Part shown: positions 8,323 through 17,643 of the stretch, piece after piece | Layout: every line of letters starts with the position of its first letter | How positions within the stretch are numbered: the stretch's first letter is position 1 | Assembly (NCBI GenBank): GCA_001780895.1 | Contig: MFJJ01000010.1 | Span: forward strand, 898 to 64,897 | Length of the DNA stretch: 64,000 bases | DNA from: Candidatus Gottesmanbacteria bacterium RIFCSPHIGHO2_01_FULL_46_14 | GTDB taxonomy: Bacteria > Patescibacteriota > Microgenomatia > UBA10105 > UBA927 | Direction: 5' to 3' | The notes under the pieces: generated by a model | Database searches by the model: none | What the model saw: the letters and a program-made list of their open reading frames with translations, nothing else | Told to the model about the DNA's origin: nothing | Position numbers and translations under genes: made by a program

Positions 8323-9395
8323 AGCAGGAAGCCGCCAATGACCACACCGACAAGAAGTAAGGTAAACACCTTCTGTCGACTCGTGACAGCCAAGGCGATT
8401 GCACCAAGTATAGCCGACACACCCCAGTAAAACAAGGCAACACGGCGTCGGCCCCATCCCAGATCCAAGAGTCGGTGGTGGAGGTGACCACGGTCGGCCC
8501 AAACTGGAGACTTTCCGTGGCCTATTCGTCGTATGAGCGTATAGAGGGCGTCAATTGTTGGAATGCCGAGAACCAGGAGTGCGGTGCCCAGTTTCCCGTA
8601 GGAAAGAATACCCAACAGTCCGAGCATCAGCCCGGCGATCGTTTTGCCGCCGTGTCCCGGCATGATTTTTTGCGGATAGACGTTCCATGGTAAAAAACCC
8701 AGGAACGCTCCGGCGACGATAAAGGCTAAAATCGTGACCGGAAGTTGAGACGGGTCGACGGCACTATAGCGCAGGGACAAGAGTCCCAAAACAATGCCAG
8801 AGACCACGACAAATCCCGGCATCTGTCCGTCGACTCCGGCTGACCAGCCGACGATGTGCATCGTCCACATAAGCCAGACGAATGCAAATAGGTCTGCCCA
8901 GACCAAAATGGAATGTTTTCCAAAAAAATCAAACGAGAGGCGCCAGGTTTGAAGATCGATTACTCCTCCGGTTATTGGATTGGTAACAAACGGAATACCG
9001 GCGCCCACTCCTATCACAACAATAACGGCAAGTATCCCAATACCAAGGCGAATATAGGGGTTTATATCACGTTTGTCGTCTATTATTCCCGTGATCGTCA
9101 GGAGTGCAAGTGCTACGATTATTCCGACCGTGAGTTTTGTAACGGGTAGATAAAGAAGCATTGCGATGGCGATTGCCGCAAATAAGGCAAGCCCTCCCGC
9201 GCGGGGGACTGTTCCGTGATGGGTATGGGCGGGATGATAGCGATTTTTTGGGTTATCGAGGAGTTTCCAGTTGCGGGCAAGATCAATAACCCATGGCGTT
9301 ACCCCAAAACTAATGAGACCTGCAACAATTCCGGCAAGAGCGAAATTCATGAGAGCGTTACGTAACCAGAGAGAGAATTTGTACGATTGAAACAA
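8268..9395 (-). CDS. glycosyltransferase family 4 polyprenyl-phosphate phosphosugar transferase (MraY/WecA family)
   Basis: 375 aa with about 10 TM helices and Asp-rich cytoplasmic loops (GIIDDKRD). Architecture is typical of MraY/WecA. Confidence 0.6.
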   Translation of the reverse strand: MFQSYKFSLWLRNALMNFALAGIVAGLISFGVTPWVIDLARNWKLLDNPKNRYHPAHTHHGTVPRAGGLALFAAIAIAMLLYLPVTKLTVGIIVALALLTITGIIDDKRDINPYIRLGIGILAVIVVIGVGAGIPFVTNPITGGVIDLQTWRLSFDFFGKHSILVWADLFAFVWLMWTMHIVGWSAGVDGQMPGFVVVSGIVLGLLSLRYSAVDPSQLPVTILAFIVAGAFLGFLPWNVYPQKIMPGHGGKTIAGLMLGLLGILSYGKLGTALLVLGIPTIDALYTLIRRIGHGKSPVWADRGHLHHRLLDLGWGRRRVALFYWGVSAILGAIALAVTSRQKVFTLLLVGVVIGGFLLWLKYFWQFSKPHDPDSG

Positions 9396-9732
9396 ACGAT
9401 AGTATACTCACAAAAAATGATGCAATGATGACAAGTTTTGAAAACACCGTTTGCCCACCGATATTACTTGCCAAAGTAAGACTCAGTCCTTGCCAAAAGA
9501 GACTCGCCCCCGGGAGAAGAAAGAGCCAGAGGGGGTTTGCCAGTTGGTCTTGTCCCCACGCCCGAGAATACCACAGCGGTATGAATGGCGGGAGCATTCG
9601 CCACCACCAGGCGATGATGGCGATAGAGAGCAGGGTGAAACTGATCGATGCGATCGAGAGCCAACGAATCAAGGGTAATACCAACAGTTGACTCCATTGT
9701 GCCCGAATGCGCTCTATAGGTGCGAGATTCAT
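9358..9732 (-). CDS. hypothetical membrane protein
   Basis: 124 aa with 3-4 TM helices, lying inside the glycosyltransferase cluster. Confidence 0.3.
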   Translation of the reverse strand: MNLAPIERIRAQWSQLLVLPLIRWLSIASISFTLLSIAIIAWWWRMLPPFIPLWYSRAWGQDQLANPLWLFLLPGASLFWQGLSLTLASNIGGQTVFSKLVIIASFFVSILSFVSIVQILSLVT

Positions 9733-11036
9733 AGGGGAGGAGTCGTGCTGTAAGCAACGCTATAGGATCCATCAATGTTAACTAAGAATGCTTGCATTGG
9801 ATAGGGCGGAAGATCATAGGCCTGTTTTTTTGGATCAAATATCGCATCCCCAACATACCAGGGAAACGCTGATCCGTTGGGATTATAGAGATACACGCGT
9901 GAAGGATCGGCACTATAGTATATGCTTTCAAACAAGATGAGTGGAGATTGAGCAAGTATCACATCGCGGGTTCCCGCAAGAGCGTTTATTTCTGTGAATG
10001 TACGGGCAATATCAACTTTTGGGTGTTTATTGGGGTACCACAGGTTGAATGCCAGAGAAAAAAGAATGAATGATACCCCCAACACTTTTTGCAATCGGCG
10101 GTTCCTCATGGCGTCAAGCGCATACACTAAAAGAAATACCTCGGCGATAGTAACGGGAATGAGGTATCGATTCACAAACAGCGGCTTGATAAACGATACA
10201 GAGATAACGAGAATTATCGGAGCAAATACGGCAAGGAAGAAATAGAGGGCTATCTGTTTGTGTTCTTTATTTCTGAGAGCCGTCACGAATAAAAGAATAA
10301 GCCCGACGGACAGAGCTGCGGTATAGTCCCATAAATACCACGGCGTCCCTTCATATCCCAAAAATATATTCCCAACGACCGAGGCAATCAGGTGAAAGTC
10401 GACAGGGAAATACCACGAATTTTTGAGTTTGGCCGATACTTGCGCAATGCGGATAAGCCAGGGAAGAATAAACAGTCCATTAATAAGAGAGGCGCGAACG
10501 AAAGGATCGCGCAGTCGCCTCGGTGACAGTTTTTTTGTGAGGAGCCAATGGATAACTTGGACGAATGGAACAATGAGAAAGTAGCTGTGTGTGTAAAATC
10601 CCAGGATCGTTGCCAGAATATAAAGCCGCCATCGACGTTCAATATACGTGTACATGGATAGTGTCGCAAAAAAGATATACCATCCATATGTTCGGACCTC
10701 AAACGCATAATAGATAAGCATGGGATTTAAAAAGAACAGGAGAGGGAGTACGATGGAAAGCCAGGACTTTTTAAATAACGTTTCTGACCAGTGTATGACG
10801 ACTCCAGTTGCAAGGGCAAATCCTAATAGAGATAAACTGCGAACGGCAATTTCACTTGTGCCAAAAAGTTTTATCCAATAATGGAGCATGGTGTAATAAA
10901 CGGGCGGTTCAAAGGTGACCGATTGAGCAATCCATGAGACTGGACGTTGCGCAACCAGTACCGAGAACGCCTCATCGCGCCAAAGGCTTTGGGTGAGGTA
11001 GAGGAGCGGGGTATGCGTCAAGAGCCAATTGAACAT
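9729..11036 (-). CDS. GT-C fold glycosyltransferase (ArnT/PMT-like, family 39/83-like)
   Basis: 435 aa, polytopic, with an N-proximal RDEA motif in the first loop, typical of lipid-linked sugar donor transferases. Confidence 0.5.
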   Translation of the reverse strand: MFNWLLTHTPLLYLTQSLWRDEAFSVLVAQRPVSWIAQSVTFEPPVYYTMLHYWIKLFGTSEIAVRSLSLLGFALATGVVIHWSETLFKKSWLSIVLPLLFFLNPMLIYYAFEVRTYGWYIFFATLSMYTYIERRWRLYILATILGFYTHSYFLIVPFVQVIHWLLTKKLSPRRLRDPFVRASLINGLFILPWLIRIAQVSAKLKNSWYFPVDFHLIASVVGNIFLGYEGTPWYLWDYTAALSVGLILLFVTALRNKEHKQIALYFFLAVFAPIILVISVSFIKPLFVNRYLIPVTIAEVFLLVYALDAMRNRRLQKVLGVSFILFSLAFNLWYPNKHPKVDIARTFTEINALAGTRDVILAQSPLILFESIYYSADPSRVYLYNPNGSAFPWYVGDAIFDPKKQAYDLPPYPMQAFLVNIDGSYSVAYSTTPPL

Positions 11037-11050
11037 ATCGTTACCTGCTA

Positions 11051-12532
11051 TTATACCTTTTCAGTCACTCGATACTCCAGGCGTTTGCCGAGCATGAGTC
11101 TTGTGTGAGCATCAAGTCCGGGAAGAGCGGAAAGGAAAAACGAGACGACGGGTAACGTAATCCATTGAAGGTATAAAAACGGTATTTTCCATCGTGCATA
11201 TTCTTTCGGACGAGGGGGTTTTATACGTAAATCGATGACAATAACAACAATAAGAAATATTGCCGATAGCGTAAGGATACCTGATGATATTTGCGAGAGA
11301 TTATGCCCGAGTACGGTGCGGGCAAACGCAGGGTTAATAAGGGGAGGAAGGGTGCTTCCAATTGTAAGAATAAACCAATTTGCCGGCCAGAACACGTGAT
11401 GTTCAAGGAGCATAATAAGGCGGCGTAGTCTGTCAGATAGCGGAATGGTGTGACTGAGGAAGACGCCACGGATGACAAAGGGAAGATCCGATACGCCCCA
11501 TGCCCAGCGTTTGGACTGTTCATATTGATTGACCATCGTCCGGAAAAATGAATGACTCTCCGCAGCATCAGCAAGAACCGGAAGAAATATGCCGCGGGTG
11601 GTAACTTTTTCTCCGAGGGCAAAATACACTTTAAAGAAGAGGTGATAATCTTCTGGGATTACGTCTATGCCCCAAAACCCTGCTTTTTGGGCTGTTGAAA
11701 GGGCTAGGGAATACGTGGAAAAATTGATGAATCGACTGCTTTGCGAGAGAAGCGAAAGATTCCAAATGCTGTTCATGGTATTAAATACCCGGCTGGGGAG
11801 GGGGATTCGCCAAATGTTGGAATAAAATAAAATCGCTCCCTGATAGAAATGATACGCCCGGTCTGGATCGGTGAGGAATTGACAGGAAAGAGCCGAGAAA
11901 TATTTTGGGTGGAGGAGTGCATCTGCGTCACACGAGGTGACGGTCGTGGTATTGATATCAATATGCCAACCCGGGAGAGCAGCGACAACTTTTTTTGCCG
12001 CCCATGCCATGTTTGATGATTTCCCCGCGACTTCGCCGGTATGAAGAACGTGTCGCGTGACCATGAATTTGCCAAAAAGACTCCCAAATTTCTTCCGTAG
12101 AGTTTTTTCTGTTTCTCGCGCGTGGGGATCTTTATCTTCGGTTGCGAGAACTACAATGATGCGCTCTTTAGGAAAGTCCTGTTGGGCTAGGTTTGTAAGT
12201 GTGCGTTCAAGGACGTGGATGGGTTCCTGATACTCGGGAACAATCACAACATGGTAGAGCTTATTAAAATCTGGGAGATTCTTTGTGAGTGCGACCCAGT
12301 CTACTTTCGTATGCGCAGAGATCATCAGAAACGATCGGATCGCATGAATAGCCAGGCGAAATGATTTATAAAACCAATAGACATCAAAAGTAATGATGAG
12401 ATAGGCAACGATAGCCGGATGCCAAAATGACAGCCAAAACGGCATCGTTATAAGTATCCACGAAGTGAAGGGAATGAGAATTTCAAAAAATCGTCTTGTC
12501 CGGTTTGGATACCGGAGAAATAATGATCTCAT
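11051..12532 (-). CDS. membrane-bound family 2 glycosyltransferase (processive synthase-like)
   Basis: N- and C-terminal TM segments flank a GT-A domain with DxD (CDADALL) and upstream IVPEYQE motifs. Confidence 0.5.
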   Translation of the reverse strand: MRSLFLRYPNRTRRFFEILIPFTSWILITMPFWLSFWHPAIVAYLIITFDVYWFYKSFRLAIHAIRSFLMISAHTKVDWVALTKNLPDFNKLYHVVIVPEYQEPIHVLERTLTNLAQQDFPKERIIVVLATEDKDPHARETEKTLRKKFGSLFGKFMVTRHVLHTGEVAGKSSNMAWAAKKVVAALPGWHIDINTTTVTSCDADALLHPKYFSALSCQFLTDPDRAYHFYQGAILFYSNIWRIPLPSRVFNTMNSIWNLSLLSQSSRFINFSTYSLALSTAQKAGFWGIDVIPEDYHLFFKVYFALGEKVTTRGIFLPVLADAAESHSFFRTMVNQYEQSKRWAWGVSDLPFVIRGVFLSHTIPLSDRLRRLIMLLEHHVFWPANWFILTIGSTLPPLINPAFARTVLGHNLSQISSGILTLSAIFLIVVIVIDLRIKPPRPKEYARWKIPFLYLQWITLPVVSFFLSALPGLDAHTRLMLGKRLEYRVTEKV

Positions 12533-12544
12533 ACAAGGTTATCT

Positions 12545-13264
12545 CTATACTGTTTTGAATAGCGCGTATTTGGTTAGTCTCCCGAGCAGATAATACGTTC
12601 GACTGACGATGTCTTTGAAAAGCGAACGCTCGTCTGCGCGAAGTTGAGTAAGAACGGTAAGCGCAGGGTCAAACAGGACTTTAAGGTGTTTTTGATGAAG
12701 CCGAATGGCGAGCGTGAGGTCATCCATTTGCGTGACGTCGTGAATTTTTCCGTCAAATCCCCCAGCTTTGGCGAGAGCATCCCGACGTATAGCAAGATTC
12801 CCACCGATAATCAGCTGAACTCCAAAGACAGCATGAAGAAGGGCAAACATATATATATAATCTTTTCCTTGAGGAAAAATCCACGTATAGAATTTTCCGA
12901 CGTCTGTAAAACTATATGGACCACCGACAGCCGCAATAGAGGGATGTTCCCGAAAGGTGACTTGGATTTTTTTGAGGTAATCAGAAGGAACGACGCAATC
13001 TGCATCTACAAAAACGAGGAGCTCACTTTTTGCCCGCCGTACTCCGGTGTTTCGGGCGTTGCTTGCTCCCGGTTTCTGCTCGAGAAAGACAAGTTGTATA
13101 TATTTTTTTGCAACGTCGCTCGTTGCATCCTTGGAGTTATTGTCGACGACAATAATTTCATACGGCTCGCGGAGACTTTGTTTTTTAAGGGAAGCGAGGC
13201 AAGCTCCAATATGGTGTGCTTCGTTGTATGCGGGAATAATGATCGACAAAACCGGTTTTTGCAT
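12545..13264 (-). CDS. family 2 glycosyltransferase (polyprenyl-phosphate sugar synthase-like)
   Basis: SIIIPAYNE...VVDNNSKD...VDADC motifs. Start trimmed to MQKPVLS. Confidence 0.6.
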   Translation of the reverse strand: MQKPVLSIIIPAYNEAHHIGACLASLKKQSLREPYEIIVVDNNSKDATSDVAKKYIQLVFLEQKPGASNARNTGVRRAKSELLVFVDADCVVPSDYLKKIQVTFREHPSIAAVGGPYSFTDVGKFYTWIFPQGKDYIYMFALLHAVFGVQLIIGGNLAIRRDALAKAGGFDGKIHDVTQMDDLTLAIRLHQKHLKVLFDPALTVLTQLRADERSLFKDIVSRTYYLLGRLTKYALFKTV

Positions 13265-13294
13265 TGTAGGAATTATACAAAACCTGTGGTATAA

Positions 13295-14671
13295 ATGCAT
13301 GTTATAGTGGATTGCCCACGAATTGTTATCATCGGTGCCGGACCATGCGGTTTAGGTGCAGCATGGAGACTGCAAGAATTTGGCTACAGAGATTTTGTCC
13401 TCTTAGAAAAAGAAAATCACGTTGGCGGTCTGGCGTCCTCGTATGTTGATGCCAACGGATTTACCTGGGACGTTGGTGGTCACGTCATTCACTCGCACTA
13501 CCCCTATTTTGACCGTGTTTTTCAAGAGGTCACCGCTGGAGAATATTTAACCCACGAGCGTGAATCCTGGATATGGATATACGATCGTTTCGTTCCCTAT
13601 CCGTTTCAGAATAATATCCGTTATCTGCCTCCTTCGGTGATACAGGAGTGCCTTGACGGCTTAAAGGAGGCTTCTGCAAAGAAACACGACCCGGAAACGT
13701 TTGCCGAATGGATAGTTGATTCTTTTGGAAGTGGCATCGCCAAACATTTTCTTTTTCCATACAACCGCAAAGTATGGGCATATCCGCTTGAAAAAATGAG
13801 CTACCAATGGGTGGGCGATAGAGTTGCTTCTGTCGACATAACAAGAATTGAACTCAACATTGCAGAAAAGAAAGACGACGTTTCATGGGGTCCCAATGCC
13901 GTATTTGAGTTTCCAACATTTGGGGGAACCGGTTCTATTTGGGAGGGTGTTGCAAATCGGTTCCGGTCGCACATCCGACTCAACGCCGGTGTTACTTCTA
14001 TTGATGCCCTCAAGCGGCAGGTAATCTGTACTGATGGTTCGGTTCATCCTTACGACGTGCTTTTGACGACGATGCCGATAGACCGATTGACTGGATTGAC
14101 GACGGGACTCACTGGCACGTCAGGATCTGAGGACCTTCATTTCTCTTCAGTTTTTATCGTGGGGATCGGGGTTAAAGGAGATACTCCAGCTCACCTTCGC
14201 GGGAAGTGTTGGATGTATTTTCCCGAAGATCACGCCCCGTTTTTTCGCGCGACGGTTTTTTCCCATTACTCACCACATAACGCCCCCAAAGGAACATGGT
14301 CTCTCATGACGGAAACGTCAGTTTCGCGCTATCAACCGCTAGCTAACCAAGACATTGTCGCTTCCGTTATCGACGGGGCAAAAAAAACGGGTTTAATCGG
14401 AGAGCAATCAACCGTTGTCGACACGTGGAAATTTACGACAAACTATGGCTATCCAACACCGACGCTTGGGCGTGATCAAATTCTTGATCGGTTATTCCCG
14501 ATATTTGAAAAGCACAATATTTTTTCCCGGGGAAGATTTGGAGCATGGCGGTATGAAGTTTCCAATCAGGATCACACATTTATGCAAGGAGTTGAGTGGG
14601 TCAATAAGATTCTCAATGGAGAAGAAGAGGTAACGGTCTTCCATCCGGAGTTGGTTAATGCAAAGAAGTGA
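13295..14671 (+). CDS. FAD-dependent oxidoreductase, amine-oxidase fold (UDP-galactopyranose mutase-like)
   Basis: IVIIGAGPCGLGAA...EKENHVGG Rossmann motif, then GGHVIH and a FPYNRKVW block resembling the UGM substrate motif. The specific function is uncertain. Confidence 0.4.
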   Translation: MHVIVDCPRIVIIGAGPCGLGAAWRLQEFGYRDFVLLEKENHVGGLASSYVDANGFTWDVGGHVIHSHYPYFDRVFQEVTAGEYLTHERESWIWIYDRFVPYPFQNNIRYLPPSVIQECLDGLKEASAKKHDPETFAEWIVDSFGSGIAKHFLFPYNRKVWAYPLEKMSYQWVGDRVASVDITRIELNIAEKKDDVSWGPNAVFEFPTFGGTGSIWEGVANRFRSHIRLNAGVTSIDALKRQVICTDGSVHPYDVLLTTMPIDRLTGLTTGLTGTSGSEDLHFSSVFIVGIGVKGDTPAHLRGKCWMYFPEDHAPFFRATVFSHYSPHNAPKGTWSLMTETSVSRYQPLANQDIVASVIDGAKKTGLIGEQSTVVDTWKFTTNYGYPTPTLGRDQILDRLFPIFEKHNIFSRGRFGAWRYEVSNQDHTFMQGVEWVNKILNGEEEVTVFHPELVNAKK

Positions 14672-15425
14672 AGAGCGTTTGTGCATTAGTTGTCGTTGTG
14701 TCTGCCAGAACTTTTGTTGTAATTCCTTTTAGTTGGGCGATCTGTTTAGCGATAAGCGGAATATATTTGGGTTCATTGCGTTCTCCTCGATGAGGCACCG
14801 GTGTTAGATAGGGTGCATCAGTTTCTAGCAGAAGCATGGAAAGCGGAATTGATGGAACGGTTAGTGACAATTGTTTGGAATAGGTTACATTGCCATCAAT
14901 ACCGACAAAAATTTTTCGCGCCTGGGCTTGGCGAAGTTCTTGAAGACCTCCGGAAAAACAGTGGATGGTGCCTTTTGGTAAAGATGGGAGTGCGTCGAGG
15001 ACAGTAAAAAAATCTTCGTATGCGTCCCGACAGTGCATGATAACCGGAAGATTATGGCGAAGTGCGAGACGAAGCTGTTCATCAAAGAGCCGTTTTTGTT
15101 TGTCTTTTTTTCCGAGCGCCTGCTCACCCTTGTACTGAAAATAATCCAAACCGCATTCTCCGATAGCTATGACTTGATCATTCATAAGGGAGTCGAGTTT
15201 TTGCACATCCGGGTCATGCTGTGCTTCGTGGGGGTGGATGCCCAGAGCAGGGAAGATAACGCCCGGATAAAGCTTAGCCAGCTCCAACACTTCTTGTGAA
15301 GAGTGTAAATCAACGCCGGGATTGATACATTGTTTCACTCCCGCCTTTTTGGCATTCCCTACGACCATCGCCCGATCAGAATCGTATTGAGAGAAATTAA
15401 GATGGCAATGTGTATCGATGTACAT
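14655..15425 (-). CDS. tatD: TatD family metal-dependent hydrolase
   Basis: Starts MYIDTHCHL, has conserved His/Asp/Glu positions, 256 aa. Confidence 0.75.
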   Translation of the reverse strand: MYIDTHCHLNFSQYDSDRAMVVGNAKKAGVKQCINPGVDLHSSQEVLELAKLYPGVIFPALGIHPHEAQHDPDVQKLDSLMNDQVIAIGECGLDYFQYKGEQALGKKDKQKRLFDEQLRLALRHNLPVIMHCRDAYEDFFTVLDALPSLPKGTIHCFSGGLQELRQAQARKIFVGIDGNVTYSKQLSLTVPSIPLSMLLLETDAPYLTPVPHRGERNEPKYIPLIAKQIAQLKGITTKVLADTTTTNAQTLFTSLH

Positions 15426-15428
15426 GCG

Positions 15429-16865
15429 TTACAGGCGGGGAAATAACGATGGTTGAGATAGTATCGTCGGCCCCCTAAATTGCTCAAGAATTTTTTGGGC
15501 GGTTTGTGGCAGAAACGGTTGGAGGAGGGTGGCGATTTCGATAATTTGGCTGATTGCTCGGTCAAGTACTTTGATTAAATCATTGCCAGATAACTTCCAC
15601 GGTTGGTTCTCGTTGATAAACTTATCTACTGTTTTTACTCTCTCCCAGACATACGCAAGCGCATCATTGAATCTGTACTCTTCAAGCGCTTTTTTGTATT
15701 CTCCGGTATTGACGTCTTGAAAATTTACATTTTTCATTTTACACTTTTGACTTTCTGCCAGTTTCGCGATTCTAGCCACTAAATTTCCAAGTCCGTTGGC
15801 AAGATCTGCATTGTAAAGTTCTTTAAATCTTCTCTCTGAATAATCGCCGTCACTATAACTAGGTATTTCGCGGGTGAGATAGTACCGGACTGCGTCAGTT
15901 CCATATTGATTAAGAACTTTTATGGGATCCACAACATTGCCAACCGTTTTACTCATTTTTTGCCCATCAACAGTCAAGTAGCCATGAACGAAGAGTTGCT
16001 TGGGTAATGGCAGACCCGCGGATTTGAGAACTGCCGGCCAGTAGATTGCATGAAACCGCAAGATTCCTTTGCCGATAATCATAAGGTCAGCTGGTGCCCA
16101 TTTGGTAAATAGTTCGTCATTCCAGCCTAAGCCAATCCCACTGTAATAAATGTTGTTCGCATCAAACCATACATACATAATTTGATCGGGATCTCCAGGG
16201 ACAGGTACGCCCCATCCTTTGGCGCGTTCTTTAGTTCGGGAAATAGAAAAATCTTCTAAGCCTTTTTTTATAAAAGCTACCGTTTCATTTTTTTTGCTCT
16301 GAGGGATAATAGAGAGAGCATCAGAGATGATTAACTCCTCGAAAAATTTTTGGTATTTTGACAAACGGAAAAAATAATTTTTTTCTGCGATAAGATCAAG
16401 CTTCTTGCCGGGATGTTCAAAACATTCACCGTTTTCATTGAGTTCATCGGATGTATAAAAAGCTTCACAACCAACGCAGTAGAGCCCCTCGTATGATTTT
16501 TTATAAATATCCCCACTTTTTGTACAGAGTTCCCAGAGTTTTTGAGAGGATAAAAAGTGATTTTCGTTTGTCCCACGTTGCCATATATCAAAATGAACAT
16601 TGAGCTTTTTGGCCAGATCAAGAAATTCTTGTTGGTGAATGTCGCAGAATTTATGTGGTTCTACTCCAGCCTTTTGGGCGGCCTGAATAATTTTTAGTCC
16701 ATTTTCATCGGCTCCACACAGATACAGTACATCCTCATGGAGAAGCTTGTGATATCGTCGAATAACGTCTGAGTAGATAAATTCCTGTGCATGGCCGATG
16801 TGAGGCGCAGCGTTGACGTAAGGAATTGCGCTATGGAGGTAGAATTTATTTGTCATAATCGTCAT
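15429..16865 (-). CDS. metG: methionine--tRNA ligase (short form)
   Basis: HIGH (APHIGHAQEF) and KMSKT motifs. 478 aa. Confidence 0.85.
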   Translation of the reverse strand: MTIMTNKFYLHSAIPYVNAAPHIGHAQEFIYSDVIRRYHKLLHEDVLYLCGADENGLKIIQAAQKAGVEPHKFCDIHQQEFLDLAKKLNVHFDIWQRGTNENHFLSSQKLWELCTKSGDIYKKSYEGLYCVGCEAFYTSDELNENGECFEHPGKKLDLIAEKNYFFRLSKYQKFFEELIISDALSIIPQSKKNETVAFIKKGLEDFSISRTKERAKGWGVPVPGDPDQIMYVWFDANNIYYSGIGLGWNDELFTKWAPADLMIIGKGILRFHAIYWPAVLKSAGLPLPKQLFVHGYLTVDGQKMSKTVGNVVDPIKVLNQYGTDAVRYYLTREIPSYSDGDYSERRFKELYNADLANGLGNLVARIAKLAESQKCKMKNVNFQDVNTGEYKKALEEYRFNDALAYVWERVKTVDKFINENQPWKLSGNDLIKVLDRAISQIIEIATLLQPFLPQTAQKILEQFRGPTILSQPSLFPRL

Positions 16866-17068
16866 TGTACCATCAAAAAACCTCCTTGCGGAGGTTATTA
16901 AAATTCCAGATTATAACCTCCGCTACAAGACGGCTTGCATTGCCATCAACGTGGAGGTTTGGGTTTTCATATTATTTACTGTGTTTTCGCACAAACAGGG
17001 CGCCGAGCAAAGCGACAAAGGCCAGAGCGAAGAGATATAAAATGAGATTATTTTCTATCTGATTCATA
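16866..17068 (-). promoter_or_regulatory. metG leader: putative attenuator with four GGAGGTT/AACCTCC segments and a 31-codon upstream ORF
   Basis: Reading the minus-strand transcript: a uORF (MNQIENNLILYLFALAFVALLGALFVRKHSK, about 17068..16973) is followed by segment 1 AACCTCCAC (~16959-16951), segment 2 GCGGAGGTTAT (~16923-16913), segment 3 ATAACCTCCGC (~16898-16888) and segment 4 GGAGGTT+UUUU (~16885-16875). Pairings 1:2, 2:3 (11 bp perfect) and 3:4 (terminator, 7 bp plus U-run) are mutually exclusive. Confidence 0.45.
16875..16896 (-). terminator. intrinsic terminator-like hairpin (AACCTCC-GCAA-GGAGGTT + U-tract) about 10 nt upstream of the metG start codon
   Basis: 7-bp stem, 4-nt loop, U-run. 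Its 5' arm is shared with an alternative 11-bp antiterminator stem. Confidence 0.45.
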
Positions 17069-17258
17069 AGTCAATAATATAGCTTGCAAGGTAAAAAAGC
17101 AACACAATGACAACTCCCCCGATAAATATCTGCAACGAGAATGGTCTGTCGTCTAAGAATTGACCAAACACAAGCGCTATTGCGACCAAATTTCCCAACT
17201 CCATGAGTTTTTCTGATAATCGGGATCGAAAGGGTTTACGGAAAACAATTCTCTTCAT
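17064..17258 (-). CDS. hypothetical small membrane protein
   Basis: 64 aa with two hydrophobic helices. Confidence 0.3.
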   Translation of the reverse strand: MKRIVFRKPFRSRLSEKLMELGNLVAIALVFGQFLDDRPFSLQIFIGGVVIVLLFYLASYIIDL

Positions 17259-17275
17259 GTTTCAAGAATACCACG

Positions 17276-17623
17276 TCACCGTTTTGATAGCAGGAGCTCA
17301 AGGGAGGTGAGGCAAGCAAGAAGCAAAATGAGATAGAGCGGTTCGCGAAGGTTGAGGATTTGAAGGACGAGGTAAGTCGTAAGCCCTAGGGATAAAAGAA
17401 CAGAACGTCGTACATTATTTAAGAGGTAGAGGAGTATCCAGAAACAAGAGACAAATAGTAATACAAAAAAAATACCAAACAAATGCCATGCATTGGGTTC
17501 GTAGCTATTAATAAACCACGCAAAGCCACTAAAACTTGTCAGTCCCAAAACCAACCACCAGATAGACCGCGGATGTTTCTCGTGACGCATATCGTGAGTC
17601 AATTGTAGCGGGGTAGATCCCAT
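17276..17623 (-). CDS. hypothetical membrane protein
   Basis: 115 aa with 3 TM helices. Confidence 0.3.
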   Translation of the reverse strand: MGSTPLQLTHDMRHEKHPRSIWWLVLGLTSFSGFAWFINSYEPNAWHLFGIFFVLLFVSCFWILLYLLNNVRRSVLLSLGLTTYLVLQILNLREPLYLILLLACLTSLELLLSKR

Positions 17624-17643
17624 GCTACAATATCAAAACTTCT

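Noticed and set aside
7384-8502. N-terminal 60-aa extension of the UbiA-family ORF, and similar extensions at 23100, 27755, 30084, 31709 and 35839
   Set aside because: The extensions overlap upstream genes, are Cys/Pro-rich or lack family similarity. Conserved N-termini begin at internal Met codons, so the starts were trimmed.
16865-17062. ORF-track + strand ORF (65 aa) over the metG leader
   Set aside because: It lies antisense to the structured leader, starts with TTG and has no RBS. The hairpin-rich sequence is better explained as a regulatory RNA on the minus strand.
16866-17068. T-box riboswitch upstream of metG
   Set aside because: Alternative hairpins are present, but no T-box consensus (AATTAGGGTGGNACCGCG) and no obvious specifier loop with an AUG codon were found. 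It was kept as a generic attenuator instead.
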